From: Botryllus schlosseri
Taxonomy: Eukaryota
Assembly: GCA_051294905.1 (NCBI GenBank)
Contig: CM119371.1
Coordinates: forward strand, 310,001-374,000
DNA: 64,000 bases
Direction: 5' to 3'
The position numbers were made by a program, and so were the translations under genes. The notes below the pieces were generated by a model. The model was not told where the DNA came from, did no database searches, and was given only the letters and a program-made list of their open reading frames with translations. This document shows, in pieces, positions 12,735-25,982 of this stretch. Numbering within the stretch: position 1 is the first letter of the stretch; every line of letters begins with the position of its first letter.

Positions 12735-13635
12735 ATGCGAGAACGTGTCGTCCGACATACGACTTCGCGTCTGCACTCGCGAAAAGATCGTCGGCGATGA
12801 AACCTTTGCACAAAGTGATAGACGCACTTTCACTGAACTCTTCGATATTGATACGTCCAAGCGTTGATTAATCATGTCCTGGCCAAATGAGCCCAGCAGT
12901 TTACAGCGTCGACCCACAATATATGCAACTAACAATGTTTTATTGACCTAATTCTTTCATTAACTTTAATAATATTTTCGCGCTTTGCGCGACTAGGACA
13001 TGTTTTCATGACATAATTGTTAACGATTTTGATGTGTGGTAATATGAGTCCTTTTTTACCGTTACCTATAATCCGGTTCGTTCCTATCGAACGACTAAAA
13101 AAGCACATCAACATTCAAGTGGCCCACGCAATGGTTTGGAAATCTCATGTGGCCCGTTGGCCGAAAAGGTTGGCCACCCCTGATGTACGGTATCAATAAA
13201 TTTTTGTCAATCATTATTCAATCGATTAACCAATTCAGTGTCATGGTTCAGTTATTCAAATGTAACACGATGTAATGTTATTCAACAGAATGTTATGTAA
13301 TTTAACATTGCAAGTCTATTATGGTTAGTGCAGGGGTGGCCAATCGTTTTCAAAAGTCTATTATGGTTTGTGCAGGGGTGGCCAACCTTTTCAAATTTTT
13401 TCAAAGTTCACGAGACAATTAGGTCAATGAAATAATGTTAGTTGCATATATTGTGGGCCGTCGCTGTATACCGCTGGGCTTATTTGACCAGGACATGATT
13501 AATCAACGCTTCGACATATCAATATCGGAGAGTTCAGTGAAAGCGCGTCTATCACTTTGTGCAAAGGTTTCATCGCCGACGATCTCTTCGCGAGTGCAGG
13601 CGCGAAGTCGGATGTCGGACGACACGTTCTCGCAT
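12735..13635. repeat. Inverted pair of same-family hAT MITE fragments (~12735-12955 vs ~13413-13635)
   Basis: Near-identical ORF-track translations on opposite strands (MLVAYIVGRRC...). CAGGGGTGGCCAACC termini at 13182 (-) and 13373 (+). Confidence 0.85.
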
Positions 13636-14691
13636 TCCATTTTGCTGGGTAAAAGACGGATTAATCGGTCATTTATCTTCAATCAAATAATATAAAGTTA
13701 AATATAAATGCAAAATGCGTTTTATCACTCACACGTAGAACTGCTAATAGCATATGTGAGTAACTTTATAGCTACACGCTACGTTCTATTATCAGCCGAA
13801 ATAGAGGATCGAATACAAAGCCTCGAGAAGTTGCAATAAATTGATAAGGGACAATATACTACCCTTCCGTGAGAATAGGGACGCATAGACAATATTCGTT
13901 CGATTTAAATTATACAGGAGAGTTGGTAAAAGATAGCACCGCGCAATTTAACCACTGTGCTGTCTGAGAAACAAAGATACCTTGCTAACAGAATAAACTA
14001 CTACTACGACGACAACGCAAGCATAAGCTGTGACCGTTTCGTTTGCGGTCAATTAAATTATGATGTAACAACAGGATCAGTGAAAGGTGCGATCAGTGAA
14101 TGGCTGTTTGCTCTCACAAGTGATACCGGCATATCGCAAAAAATCCGAACGTACATAAGATATAGGGTGATTTAATTGACACCGTTTACTTCACCGTTCA
14201 CTTGATTACTTGAAATTGACTCGTGAATTTTACTCCGAGTCACGAGTCAATCCATATATCTCGAGCGCCGAGTCGAGTCAAGTCATTTTTGCAAAGTGAC
14301 TCGAGTCATCCCAACACTGCGTAGTACTAAGAACTATCTAAACAGGATCGAGCATGTCTTTAACATTCAATGTTGTTGTTTCTCTGTAGGGTTCTATGAG
14401 GAAAAAGGCAGAAAGCAGCGTCTTATCCTCGTCATCAGAAGATGAAGAAGACACATAATCAGTTGGCTTGATTATTTTTTCATTCGCTTCTTTGACATCG
14501 TTTCGTTCTGAATTATTTTCTTTGAGTTTCGTTGACACTGTTTTATGTATGAATTATAAGTTCATCAAAGGCAATGTGTACTGTGATACGTGTATGCGTC
14601 CGCAGCCACCGTCAGGTATGCCTAAATATGGGAATACAGGGATGTTAGTATCTCAGGATGTTTTTCTGACCATCGATTGTACGTTCTAAAG

Positions 14692-15092
14692 CAGTGGTTC
14701 CCAACCTTTTTCGACCCATCGCCGCCTTTTCAAGGTCAACACCGATCATCGCCCCCCAAATTTTGTGCACCGATAATTGGTCATACATACTGTAATCACC
14801 GGCGGGTTGACTAAAAAAAAAAAAAAAAAGGTCATCTTTCACCGCTCAGAGCTGAAAATAACGTTTTGTCGCTCCGCATTGCTAGGTGGATGACTAAAAA
14901 AAAAAAAAAAAAAAAAAAAAGGTCAGCTGTTTTTTCGCGTCATCGCCCCCCTATCGCCCCCTTCGCTATTTTCGCCCCCCGTCGCCCCCTTTGTCCATTT
15001 TCGCCCCCCTGTCGCCCCCTTCGTCATTTTCGCCCCCCTAGATCGCCAAATCGCCCCCTGGGGGGCGATATCGCCCACGTTGGGAACCACTG
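14692..15092. mobile_element. Young Buster-type MITE with TCGCCCCC arrays and two poly-A tracts
   Basis: CAGTGGTTCCCAAC TIRs and perfect TSD TTCTAAAG. Confidence 0.92.
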
Positions 15093-15295
15093 TTCTAAAG
15101 CATTGTAGATACACAGTTTTATCTACGTTTTATTAACGATCCCGATTTGCTTGAAGAACGCGTTAAAACGCGTCGACACAAAAACCGACTTAAAACTATC
15201 CTGCTAGTCTTTAACATGAACCAAATAAAAACGTTTTTTAACCTCAATGGGCTGTTTCGTGTTTGCTGGGACAAGATCAATGTTGAGGGTGAGAT

Positions 15296-16367
15296 TAGGG
15301 TTGCCATACGTCCGGAATTTCCCGGACATGTCCAGAATTTCACTGTTAAAACTGCGTCCGGGAGGAATTTCCAAAATATGCCTAAATGTCCGGAATTTTG
15401 AAGGCTTGAAGAGAGCTCACAATTTTTTCGTAAATCAGCATAAACAACATTATTTTTGAGCAGATTTATGCTACATGAAAATTTTCTTCGCGCTGCGCGC
15501 GATTTAGTATATAATGTATGTTGGTTATGAGGACTAAACACCATCGCAAAAACTGCGATAAAAAATAACTAAAAATAACATTCATTTACAAAAATAAGTC
15601 TAATTGTAATCGCAATTAAAAGATAACGTATATTCATAGAGTCGGCTTAGGCCATTTGGATGCTTTATTCAAATATAGACGTTCTAAATCTGTGGTAGTT
15701 TGCCTTTAGTATGGGGTAATCAGCTTCGAAAATAGACCATGAGTAAGTCTGGAGAAATATGCCAACCTTTAATTATTAATCAGCTCATCAAATTTTGAAC
15801 TGGACCCCGGAACATTTTCGAATTGGAAATGAAATCACGACCATAAAAGGTCGGAAACCCCCGGATGTGCGGCGTTTATATAGCTCGGTGGTGCAGTGCG
15901 CATAATCTTATCGGTGTGGCATGAACATGACTTAGCGATGTACAATTACGCTCATTACATTTCCGAAGTCATCATCCTCCACCAGGTCCACCGCTAACTC
16001 GCTGATCATGTAGTATATCGAAGAACCAATATTATTGATATAATTCATTCAAATAATTTAACGGCCAAATGCATTTAGTAAGCCCCCACAATTTGCATCG
16101 ATTAACTGACGGTGGACCCAAGATCAGTGTTTATTTTGTCGGGAAGGGTGCTGAAAAAAGTGTGGCTTCGGCCCTAGTTACAACTTACAACATACAACCA
16201 CATACTCCTGAACTGGATCATGACCACTGACCACCTCTAGTTGATAGACAAAGCTTTGCTTGTGTGACGTCATCTTGATCGACAATGTGCTCATACCGCA
16301 TTTTGAAATCCGCTAGGGGGCGCTAAAGAGCGTCCGGAATTTGTCAAACCAAAATATGGCAACCCTA
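15296..16367. mobile_element. Non-autonomous hAT element
   Basis: 13-bp TIR TAGGGTTGCCATA, GTCCGG subterminal repeats, perfect TSD GGTGAGAT. Confidence 0.92.
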
Positions 16368-18511
16368 GGTGAGATAGTCTTTCAGATTAGATTAAAATTA
16401 GATTACTGGCATTTCACTCACTTCTGTGTTGATAGAGAAAACCCACTTCAAGTGTTTGGAAAGCAAAGTCACTCTTTAAAAACCTGTGATCACCTCTCTT
16501 TACGATTTTTGTGGACAGGCTTCTCTTCTCATGCCACTTTGCTAACACACAATCAAAATGACAAATCCTGTTACCAGAGCTTCATTTTATATGTCACACC
16601 ACATTTGCAGGATGTTGTGGAAGTAAGATATTTTTGAATCGGGTAGAGTTCAGAGAAGGCTTGACGTACACTGTTCGTTTAAACTGGATGACACATATCT
16701 TATTACCTTGTAAGGTCTTCTGAGATAACTGAACTTTAACAAACCTGTCAGGTAGCGTTCTGGTGGCCTGATTTGGGCACACAAGCCGGCATTTGTTTTT
16801 CCATCTTTTTTCTAGAGTGGCCGAATCTTCCGACGAATATTATCTTTAAACGATGTCGGTTGGGATTTTATTGAGTATAGGAATCATTCGAGAAGTCATT
16901 TCGTTTTTTAGCTTCCGTTCTGTGAGAAATTCCGCTGTACGCTTTTCTTTGATTTCAGGAGCTATCCTAGAAGGTAGGAATCGGTTGATATGACCGATAA
17001 TTACAGCCATCGTATCTGATATCCTAATATATTTTCAGAAATAGCACCAAGGCTATTAGAGATGTCAATAGTTTGGAGCAGTGGTTCTCACAGTTTTTAG
17101 GGCTCGAACAAATTTTGTGTTACTTTACATTCCGCAACCCAGGATTTGCACACAGTAAAATGCATTTCTGACACAAGTAAGCCCATGCAACTATTTTACG
17201 AGCATGTATGAATCCGACAAGGTGCAGACAAAAGGACGGTCGATATCAAAGTAGGCTACCTATACTTTTCCGGAGTACTCCAGTAGATTTGATTAGATCT
17301 GCTAACCATATTTAGGCAGAACCACTTACTTTTTCGACTTTGGATTTTGCAAACTAGAAGTCGGTTTTGGGATAGGTTCCGGGCACTTTTACGTATAAAT
17401 TTACATAACGGTGAAGTAGCGTCTGTATCACGGTCATTAAATTTATTTTCAAAAACGACACCAATTATTGAAAACATTTCTTCGCTCATTTTTAATTCAG
17501 TATTTTGCATTATCAATCAGTGCTGCCAATTAGCCACAATCGACAACACATGGCATGCGATTTGATTAGTTAGTTGCATATCTTCAAATGTCGTAGTTCG
17601 AGTTCTAGTTGCACATCTCAAAAATCCAGTGGTTTGAACTAGTTTGCTGATTTAAATTATTTTAGGAAGTGTGTAGGCCTATACCAGTGATTCTCATTTG
17701 CTGAAAGATGACCAAGTGTTGTCAAGCAGGAATGACGGCAGAAAATAAAGCAGATAACGATCAAAGTTAATGTCGGATATAATATCGCAAATATCAGCAT
17801 TGATAGGAATTTTACCTGTTTCCCAATTAAAATTCAACTCTTGGCCTGTGACCGGTCTAAAAATGTTGGGATTGATATCGATTGAAACTTCTCAAAGCTT
17901 TCAAAGCGTGTTCGATCATTTCTGTGTGAAGTTGGTGAATGCGAATCAGAGATATCTTCTAACTTCTAACATGTACGCTGGAATTCTTCAGATCTCGTAT
18001 CACTCGTGATTCCGTGATGACTACACCTCGCCGATCCATGAATTGGAACAGAAGTCCCTGAAAACATGATTGCATCAGTTTATCGAAGCACTTAAAAGGT
18101 AAACGTGTTAGTTAATAGCAAGGAAAAGCTAAACAGTCGAGTATGCTATTTTGGACAGTTTTGATTTGCTTCCTTTTGGCAAAAAATAAGCGTAGACACT
18201 GCTTTATCCAAATTAACCGAAAAATCAATTTCCTTTTCATGGCAACCCATTGAACCCTTACACTAATCTGAAAGCCTTTGTAAACCCCATATTTTTGTCA
18301 AGTCACAAAAACCTATTACAATACACATCTAATACATTACTATAGAACTCTAGTGCACGGAATGACTTATGCATCAAGCTTCGATGTTAAGAAAAACAAA
18401 ACCGTTAAAACATGATCATCACACAAAATACACGACTGTAAGTCAGTGTGACTTCTGTTGTATGAGACGGATGTGTGTTTACTTCTAGTGAAACTCGAGA
18501 CTGGCTCAGAG

Positions 18512-19023
18512 CAAAGTTGTACAACTAGATAATTGTAGGTATCAATTACACCAATTAGAGGAAATTACGGAAATCTAATTAGAATATACTTTGTGAAATG
18601 TCTCTTTGCTCTAATTTTAATTCTAATCCAACTCGTGGAATGTTTCTAACCTCTAGTTTAAATTCTGATCAAATTTCTGGTTTTCCCAAAAACGCTACAA
18701 GGGAACTGTATCGTGCAAATCGAGTCAAGCTTGCTGTACAGACCGTTGTCGTTCTCATGCTTATGAGATTGAGGTACATTTAATATGAACTGGACTTCAT
18801 TCCATGTTCAAGTTTTTGCGAATTAAGTGATTTTAATTCCAATCTAATTTTGGAAAATTGTGTAGATTTAACACTGATTCTAATTTTAATTTGAAAAAAA
18901 GTCTAGTTATAATTATAATTCTAAATCTAGTAGAGTTTGTAAAAAAACAACTGTAGCTTTTAGCCATCATTCATTTCCAATGTAATTTTGAAAAGTTGAA
19001 AATGATGTAGTTGTTCTAATCTG
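18512..19023. mobile_element. Older MITE with TCTAATT repeats (relatives at ~11570-11955 and ~41300-42320)
   Basis: Degenerate inverted ends, TSD gctcagag/gctcatag, and a shared internal block (...gaaacgagccaagcttgctgt...gacatttgctatt.tcatg). Confidence 0.65.
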
Positions 19024-19619
19024 GCTCATAGAGCCCCTGGAGTCATCGTGTGAAACCCCGGTTAGGAATCATTGCTTCGAGATAACCTAATTGGAAAGTA
19101 CGTTAATAGTTGTGATTATGACATACCTACAACTCTTTGACACATCTAGGAAGATTGTGAGCACAAAGTCGAATTGTGTGCGTTGCATTTTTCAGTTTGG
19201 CCCCGCTTTGCATTTTCAATCTTCGCACGTTTCTTCTATTCTATTGCGTTGAGACCATCAGCGGCTGGCGTTCCTACACAAAAAATCACAGGTGGTCATT
19301 AAGTCAGCATCGCACTTTTCTACTAGTGGTAACCATAGATGGCTATACTTTCTAAGTAGCTCCACGCAGGGTTGCTGATTCGACTTGAGTAAATTCTTGA
19401 AATGACTCGACTCGAGTCAATTTTTGCATTGACTCGACTTGAACTCGAGTCATTGCGTATGACTCTAACCTTGACACATGACTCAAGACTGGGACGGCCA
19501 AGACAGACATTTTATTATAACTTCGAAATATAGTGAAGCCACCGCATCATTGGTATGTCTTCCATTAGTCCTGATACCTGGAAAATACGGCCAGGAGGAG
19601 TTAGGACTGAGGAAAAGTA

Positions 19620-21724
19620 CACTGTAAAAAATAAAAACCTCGATTTACCGCGAAATGTTTGGAAGCACGGTAGCCAGACATTTCGTGGTAATCTAACATT
19701 ACCGTTAGTCAATGCAAATTCAACTTACACTCGTCCAGTGATCTCACTTTACACGCCAGACTGTAATGTTACAGTCCCCTCCGGGTATATCCAATCTACA
19801 TGTTCTCCTGTACATTTGAGAGCGAGACCGCCTACCTACCTACCTACCTACATGCTGTCCCTGCAAATCAGGATACATACCAGCTTGTAAATTAACGTAC
19901 GTACATCCATACCTATGGCAAAGCAACCCGATGCTAAAATATCGCAAAATTTTCTTCACACTTCCAAAACGACAGTGGAACAAACTGTATATTCATTCAT
20001 GATATCACGATGAAGGGGTAATCGATGGAAAAGTATTGCTGCTGGAGGTCTAATTCTTCTTCAGGAGACATGCAGTAACACGAGTGGTCGCAAGAAAAGA
20101 TGAATTAATTCCACCACCGGCGAAACTTCAAATTATTTCTTTTTCTCGTCCTCATTCCTTCTGTGTAACTAGTATCTTGCAGTTCCACTAAAAAGAATTC
20201 ATGAGTAAGTCGCTATATAAAGCAAAGTTCCTAACCTAGACATGACATTATAAAGACTACTAAGACAAATAGGCTAACAAAAATATAAGGTAACATGTTT
20301 TGAAGTACCGGTACTGGTACATTGTGTGATGAAGGCTCCGCCTTGTACATGATATAGCAGAGATTCATGACTTAGTTTATCTAATGTATTGAAGCAAAAG
20401 GTTCCTCACCAATTCCACTCTGGATATGAGGTGGCATGTGTGCCAAACAAATCCGGCAGTGGATGAAAACATCTCTATGTTATGGCCCGAAAATGACATA
20501 AACAAGCCAACAGTTTCAACTCCTCCGCGGCGGAGTATGTGGTGTCACAGGTCACTATATAAGTCGACTAGTATCCCAAAATAGAACAGAGAATGCGGAG
20601 GATGAAATATTTCAATCATGAAATCAAAGTGGTGTGCACATTGCACAGTCGCAGATATTCACGGTAACAAATACTATGTCGTACTGTACCTTTAACGATG
20701 CGTATCCCATTCAGCGTTCCTAGGAATCTCCCACGATCGTGTCCGCTTTCTTCAAGCACAACAAACTTCGCTCCACCCTTTGCTCAAATCTCAATAATGG
20801 CCAGATAACGATACGACACTTGAACGATTTCGAAATACGTCGTATTCATCTGCTGACATGCCACCAATAATATTTGCTGGCCACGTTATAATGTTTGACT
20901 TAGGTTATTTCTCTTTCATACAGAAACATTTATCATGACATATAGTTCCTTTCTTTTCCATCTAATTTAGTATAAATTGATATTTATCCCAAGTGTTGTT
21001 CACTACTTACTGTACTTACTAAACGAGACGCTCCTTGTGATGTCACAGTTGTGCGTTTGCTGTTTACTACGAATCTCAGAAAACCAGTAACGCGTAACGG
21101 TATCCTATTGTAACCTATTACAGGTCGCCTTGTCCGCCATTAGCAAATGGTCAACTGAGCATGCGGTGCTGATAGTTCTAGTTTCCCGAACAATATTATA
21201 CATCCTAAACTGATTTTCTAACTTATCAGCCGTATCCGTAACAACGAACGTAACCAGCGAGAACGGCCGTATAGCCGTATAGCCTTATAATATAATATAA
21301 TGGCTATGGTGTAACTACATTAGCTACGATTGTCAGTTGTTTCTTGTACCCTACTATGTATTATACTAAAATTGGTACTAGGGCCAACAATTTCCGTACG
21401 ACAGACCCCAGTTTCGCGAACGAGGTTGAATCAAGTCAAATCACCTCGAGAATGAAATATCAGTAACATTCATTTCCCCGTATATATTGGCTGCAACGAT
21501 TATGAAGCTAATCAATCTTCCCAATTGCCTGATAAACTGCAGTTACGAGTAACTGTCAGTAATTTTGCGAAGAAATTCTGGTAACTTGACTTACAGCTAA
21601 ACTAAGGTAATATTACATATCAAAATGTAAAATTACAAGCTACGCACAGTTATTGGCTGCGACCGGTAATTCGTTGTAAAATTGACAGAGATTTCCCAGT
21701 AAATCTACCAGATTTTTTACAGTG
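19620..21724. mobile_element. Non-autonomous CACTA/EnSpm-like element
   Basis: Termini CACTGTAAAAAAT...ATTTTTTACAGTG flanked by ta/tg, with TTAC/GTAA-rich subterminal regions. Confidence 0.6.
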
Positions 21725-21739
21725 TGCGATATTTTATAA

Positions 21740-23112
21740 CAGTGGTTCTCAACCTTTTTTGACTCGCGCCCCCCTTAGAGATGGTCAAAAAAATCGCGCC
21801 CCTCCCCTGACCCCCCTTGCATTTATCGTCATGTCAAAAAGAGCACATCATCTAATAAAGAGGTGGGCAACGTTTTTGATAATCATGGCCGCATTTCGAT
21901 TACTTATGTACGGGGTAGCGTAAAGCCGCATTCCAGGGCATAGCCGCAATGAACGATCTGGACACAAAATTCCTATGGTAAACTGTCCATATCCATTCCC
22001 GGTGAACTCCGGACTATTCTACTTTTCACAATGGCCTATTGTACGCAACGAAATCGCGAGTGGCAATGTTATGAATAGTTGCCGGGAGGTGCATATTGTC
22101 GCGCGGAGCGCGAAAATTTTTCAGGGCTGCGAACGAATTGTTATTTCTTGCCAATTCCCATTCCGGCTCAGATTAAGACGGGCGCTACTGCATTAAAGTC
22201 AAAAAATGAAGTCTTGTTGAATTGCGCGGAGGGCGAAGAAAATTTTTCAAGAATAATTAAAATCTCTCGAAAATGCGGGAGTGAATTCGTAATTGCAATT
22301 TGCATGTCTACGGCCGCCAACATATAGCCTACTAATTGAATTAGGCGTCGAACGCCGCTCAAATTCCCTTCTACGGCCGCAGGCTGCCCACCCCTGATCT
22401 AATAGTATACATAAGGTATATCTTACGCCAATTTTGAATCGGCATTCCAGTTGTTGAGTCTTTTACATGACAAATTTCTCCAAACTTGTTTGAAAATAAC
22501 AAAAAACATTGAACAAGACATCCATTAATTAATTTCAAGGTATCGGTCACCCTGAGACTAATCCTGATGCTGGTCGTGAGTACAGAGCGCAAGGCGTCGT
22601 TCTGTCCTGCCAGGCTAAATTTGATCAGTTTTGGAAATTAATTAAATTGTGTTGATTTATAGCCTAATTGAGGGCGAAACCGGGCAACCTATGTTGCATC
22701 TAATTCTGTCTTAGGCAGTGCAGTTCGCAAGCTACTAACAAGAGCTGCCCAGTGCGCCAAGCTTTAGGCTACTGTCAAAGCTATCAAGCAATGAATGACT
22801 TACACGTGGGAATTGCTCTCTATATCTCCAAAGAATTTCAGAAATTTGCTCAAATCAAGTTGAAATCAGACTATACTCCGTTGAGCGCGGTTACTAGAGT
22901 TTGTATTTTGCAATGAATATGTAATAAATTTCATCTTCATTAATCGTCTTCTCATAATGGATGTGAAACACATGTTCGGACACGTACAATTTATACTGAC
23001 TTTGTCAATTTCTCGCGCCCCCACTATATTGACTTCGTCAATTTCTCGCGCCCCCCCTGAGAGCCTTCCGCGCCCCCCAAGGGGGGCGCGCCCCCCAGGT
23101 TGAGAATCCCTG
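21740..23112. mobile_element. Buster-type non-autonomous element with a nested MITE
   Basis: CAGTGGTTCTCAACC...GGTTGAGAATCCCTG with TSD ttttataa/ttctataa and CGCGCCCCCC repeats. Confidence 0.85.
21858..22396. mobile_element. Buster-type MITE (family of 9736-10505)
   Basis: (A)AGAGGTGGGCAAC...GGCTGCCCACCCCTG with perfect TSD ATCTAATA. Confidence 0.88.
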
Positions 23113-24191
23113 TTCTATAACAATCGAGTACAAGTGAAAAAAGTGGGTTAAATTTGATTGAACTCAAAACTGAACAGTGAACACAATTACTGTGTGTCCA
23201 TGCAGTGCCGACGAACGACCAAAAGGCCATGACGCGTGCATTGTACATGTCGGTCGTGTTTCCATGACCAGGCCTAACCTAACCCTGTCTTGGCCGAACA
23301 AGACTGACATGTACGTTTCTATCTCACTTATTCACTATGAATTTTCACCACATCACAAGATTGCGATGAAATGACTCGATAGGAAGGAGCCGATACGCCT
23401 AGAATCGACCATTCAATCAAACTACCCACTTCGACCTGGAACATGCAGGTAGGCTGAAGTTAAACATATAAAAATGGTTCCGGGAATGAATTTTTTGGGT
23501 TGCAACGCCTTGCATTTCAAGCTCGAAAGCCCGTCTTTTTGAAATGCCGATTCGATCTCCAATATTACTTAGCTCATTTGCAATTCAGTAGTTTGTATGA
23601 CTGCGCAGATTAGTTGAAATGAAATGCCAATGTTGAAACTAAAACACCATAAACAAGCAGTCTGACCCTGTTTGCTGGTATAGTCGAGATTTGTACCGAA
23701 ATTGATGCTACACAAGTATAGTTGACAACATTGACAAAACAGCTACAGCCAGCCTCTTTATGGGTCTATCAATATACACTGTCACTTCAGAACTATAGTT
23801 TGTGGTATAGATGCAGGGAATGAAAATCTAACGTCAGGATCACAAAGGAAAATCAATCCAGAAGTGAATCACAAATCATCTGCAATAGAGGATACCGATT
23901 TTGTGGATGATTCATTGTCACAGGACTATATTTGATACCGGTATATCATTTATGCAATCATCGACTACAATTTGGTTACGGTAGCCTACCGAATTTCGAC
24001 AAATCTTCAGTTGACTTGATCCTTGAATCTTAACTCTAAATCAAGAATAGTACGCCTATTATCTACCATCTTAATACCGGTATATCCATTACCCTAATTT
24101 TCCAAGTATTGCACGCCCCCATGTATAATACGCATTTTAAAATGGCACGCAAATTCTGAAAAAAAAAATAGTCCCAATGTATAGTACGCAC

Positions 24192-24713
24192 CAGGGTTGT
24201 AATAACTCGACTCGAGTCACGATTTTCTAATGACTCGACTTGACTCGACTTGAATCTGTGTATTGACTCGACTTGGACTCGTGTCATTGCGCATGACTCG
24301 AACCAAGTCATTGACTCGAGACTCAAACGGCCAAGACCGATATTTCATTGTAATTCCGAAGCCAACACACTCTTGGGATTTCGCCTGTTGGTACTGGTAC
24401 TTGAAAATGCGACCAGAAACTGCTAAAAGTGAGGAAAATTGGTATATTTTAAAAGCGAACCGTTCGATATCACAAAACAGAGTTATAATAAGTGGGTTTA
24501 CCAAAACTTTATCTGAAAGCTGCGCAGTGAACACGATGACTTGGACTCGGACTCGAGTCATAATTCCATGACTCGGACTCGACCCTCTGCTCACTGACTT
24601 GGACTCGGACTTGACACGATGGTGAATTGGAATGACTCGACTTGACTCGAGTTAAAACTATAAAAGGGAGATTGACTTGTGACTCGGAGACTTGTGACTT
24701 GGATACAACACTG
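24192..24713. mobile_element. hAT-type MITE with GACTC/GAGTC arrays
   Basis: CAGGGTTGTA...TACAACACTG with perfect TSD GTACGCAC. Inverted copy at 26920-27421; decayed relatives near 3500-3857, 7718-7900 and 19367-19520. Confidence 0.9.
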
Positions 24714-25982
24714 GTACGCACCATGCATTCGCAGTACATGAATAGCTGTGTTTTAGTATACGATGTAATTCTCTTTAGCAATGTCACTGTTGAACAATCA
24801 TGACATAACAATCATTAATCACTATACAATTACCGGCATAGTATCTAAAAAATAGTAGATTACAGTCAAAGATTGCGAGGCCGGCGCCGCGATAGTTCAG
24901 GCCAGCGACATAACATCTTGCGCACGAGGCCAGATGCGATTGCCTAGGTTAACGATCATGTCGTGCGCACCAGGCCTGTTGTATATGCGACTGATTACGC
25001 AAGTGATTACATCTTGCGCACATGGCCTGTTGTATATGCGATTGTTTAGGCCTATCGTTGACGGGATGAATTAGCGAGGATTAGCGCGCGCGTGCAGCAA
25101 TCAATGACCTAATTTTGTTCGAGTACAAACGTCAAACTAACTCATCATTAGGTCGCGTGCTGTGCAAGACTGTGCTGTGCAGTTATAGTTTTGAGTTTTG
25201 GATCGGGAGTGCAGATCATCTAAGCCGAGTAGTTTGTAGGTTTACAAGTCAGGTTGAAGAGCTGCAATCCCCGATTGAAAGTGAGCATGAATGCAGCTAC
25301 ATTCAATTTGCTTTCTGTTCAGCGCTTCAATGCAATTTTTCGCTTCTTCTGGGTCTTGAATTGGACGAAAGTACATCCCTTCCACATGCCGATGGTGGAA
25401 TTGATGGCGATATGAATAGAAGATGGCAAAATCGTGACATCAATGTATTCAAATACATGAGTACCATACATACAGGAGACTGAGGAGAGTATGAATTGTG
25501 CTAACCGTATGGATGTGATGACTATATTGATTGTGAGGGCAATTTAGAGACACTAGACCAGGACTTCCTAACCTGGGGATAACGGAGCCATTGGAAGTGT
25601 GCTTATAGTTTAAGAGGATCCATGAAGGGATACTGTTGAAAACACAACTATGAACCTACACTGCCCCTTATAACATTTGTCCTTAGTTTTGTCTTAAATC
25701 CCAATTCTGTCTTATTTTCAGAGCTCAACACCACAAAGTGATGACCATCTATTACTCATAAGGTAGCTTTACAGTTAACAAATAAAGCAAATAACAGCAT
25801 GAGATGCCATAATCAGGACTGGGCGGATATGATAAAGTTTTTTAATTATCCGGTTTCCAATTTTGTTTTTAGGGATCCTCGCAACGACGCAAGAAGATTT
25901 GGGGGACAACGCTACATAGGAGGTGAAAACACACTGCACTTGACTCTGGAATAAATTCATTATGATTCAACACACTATTGAG

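Noticed and set aside
24830..25700. EnSpm-like transposase 5' remnant (short GC-rich repeats followed by an acidic reading)
   Set aside because: No termini or diagnostic catalytic motifs could be identified.
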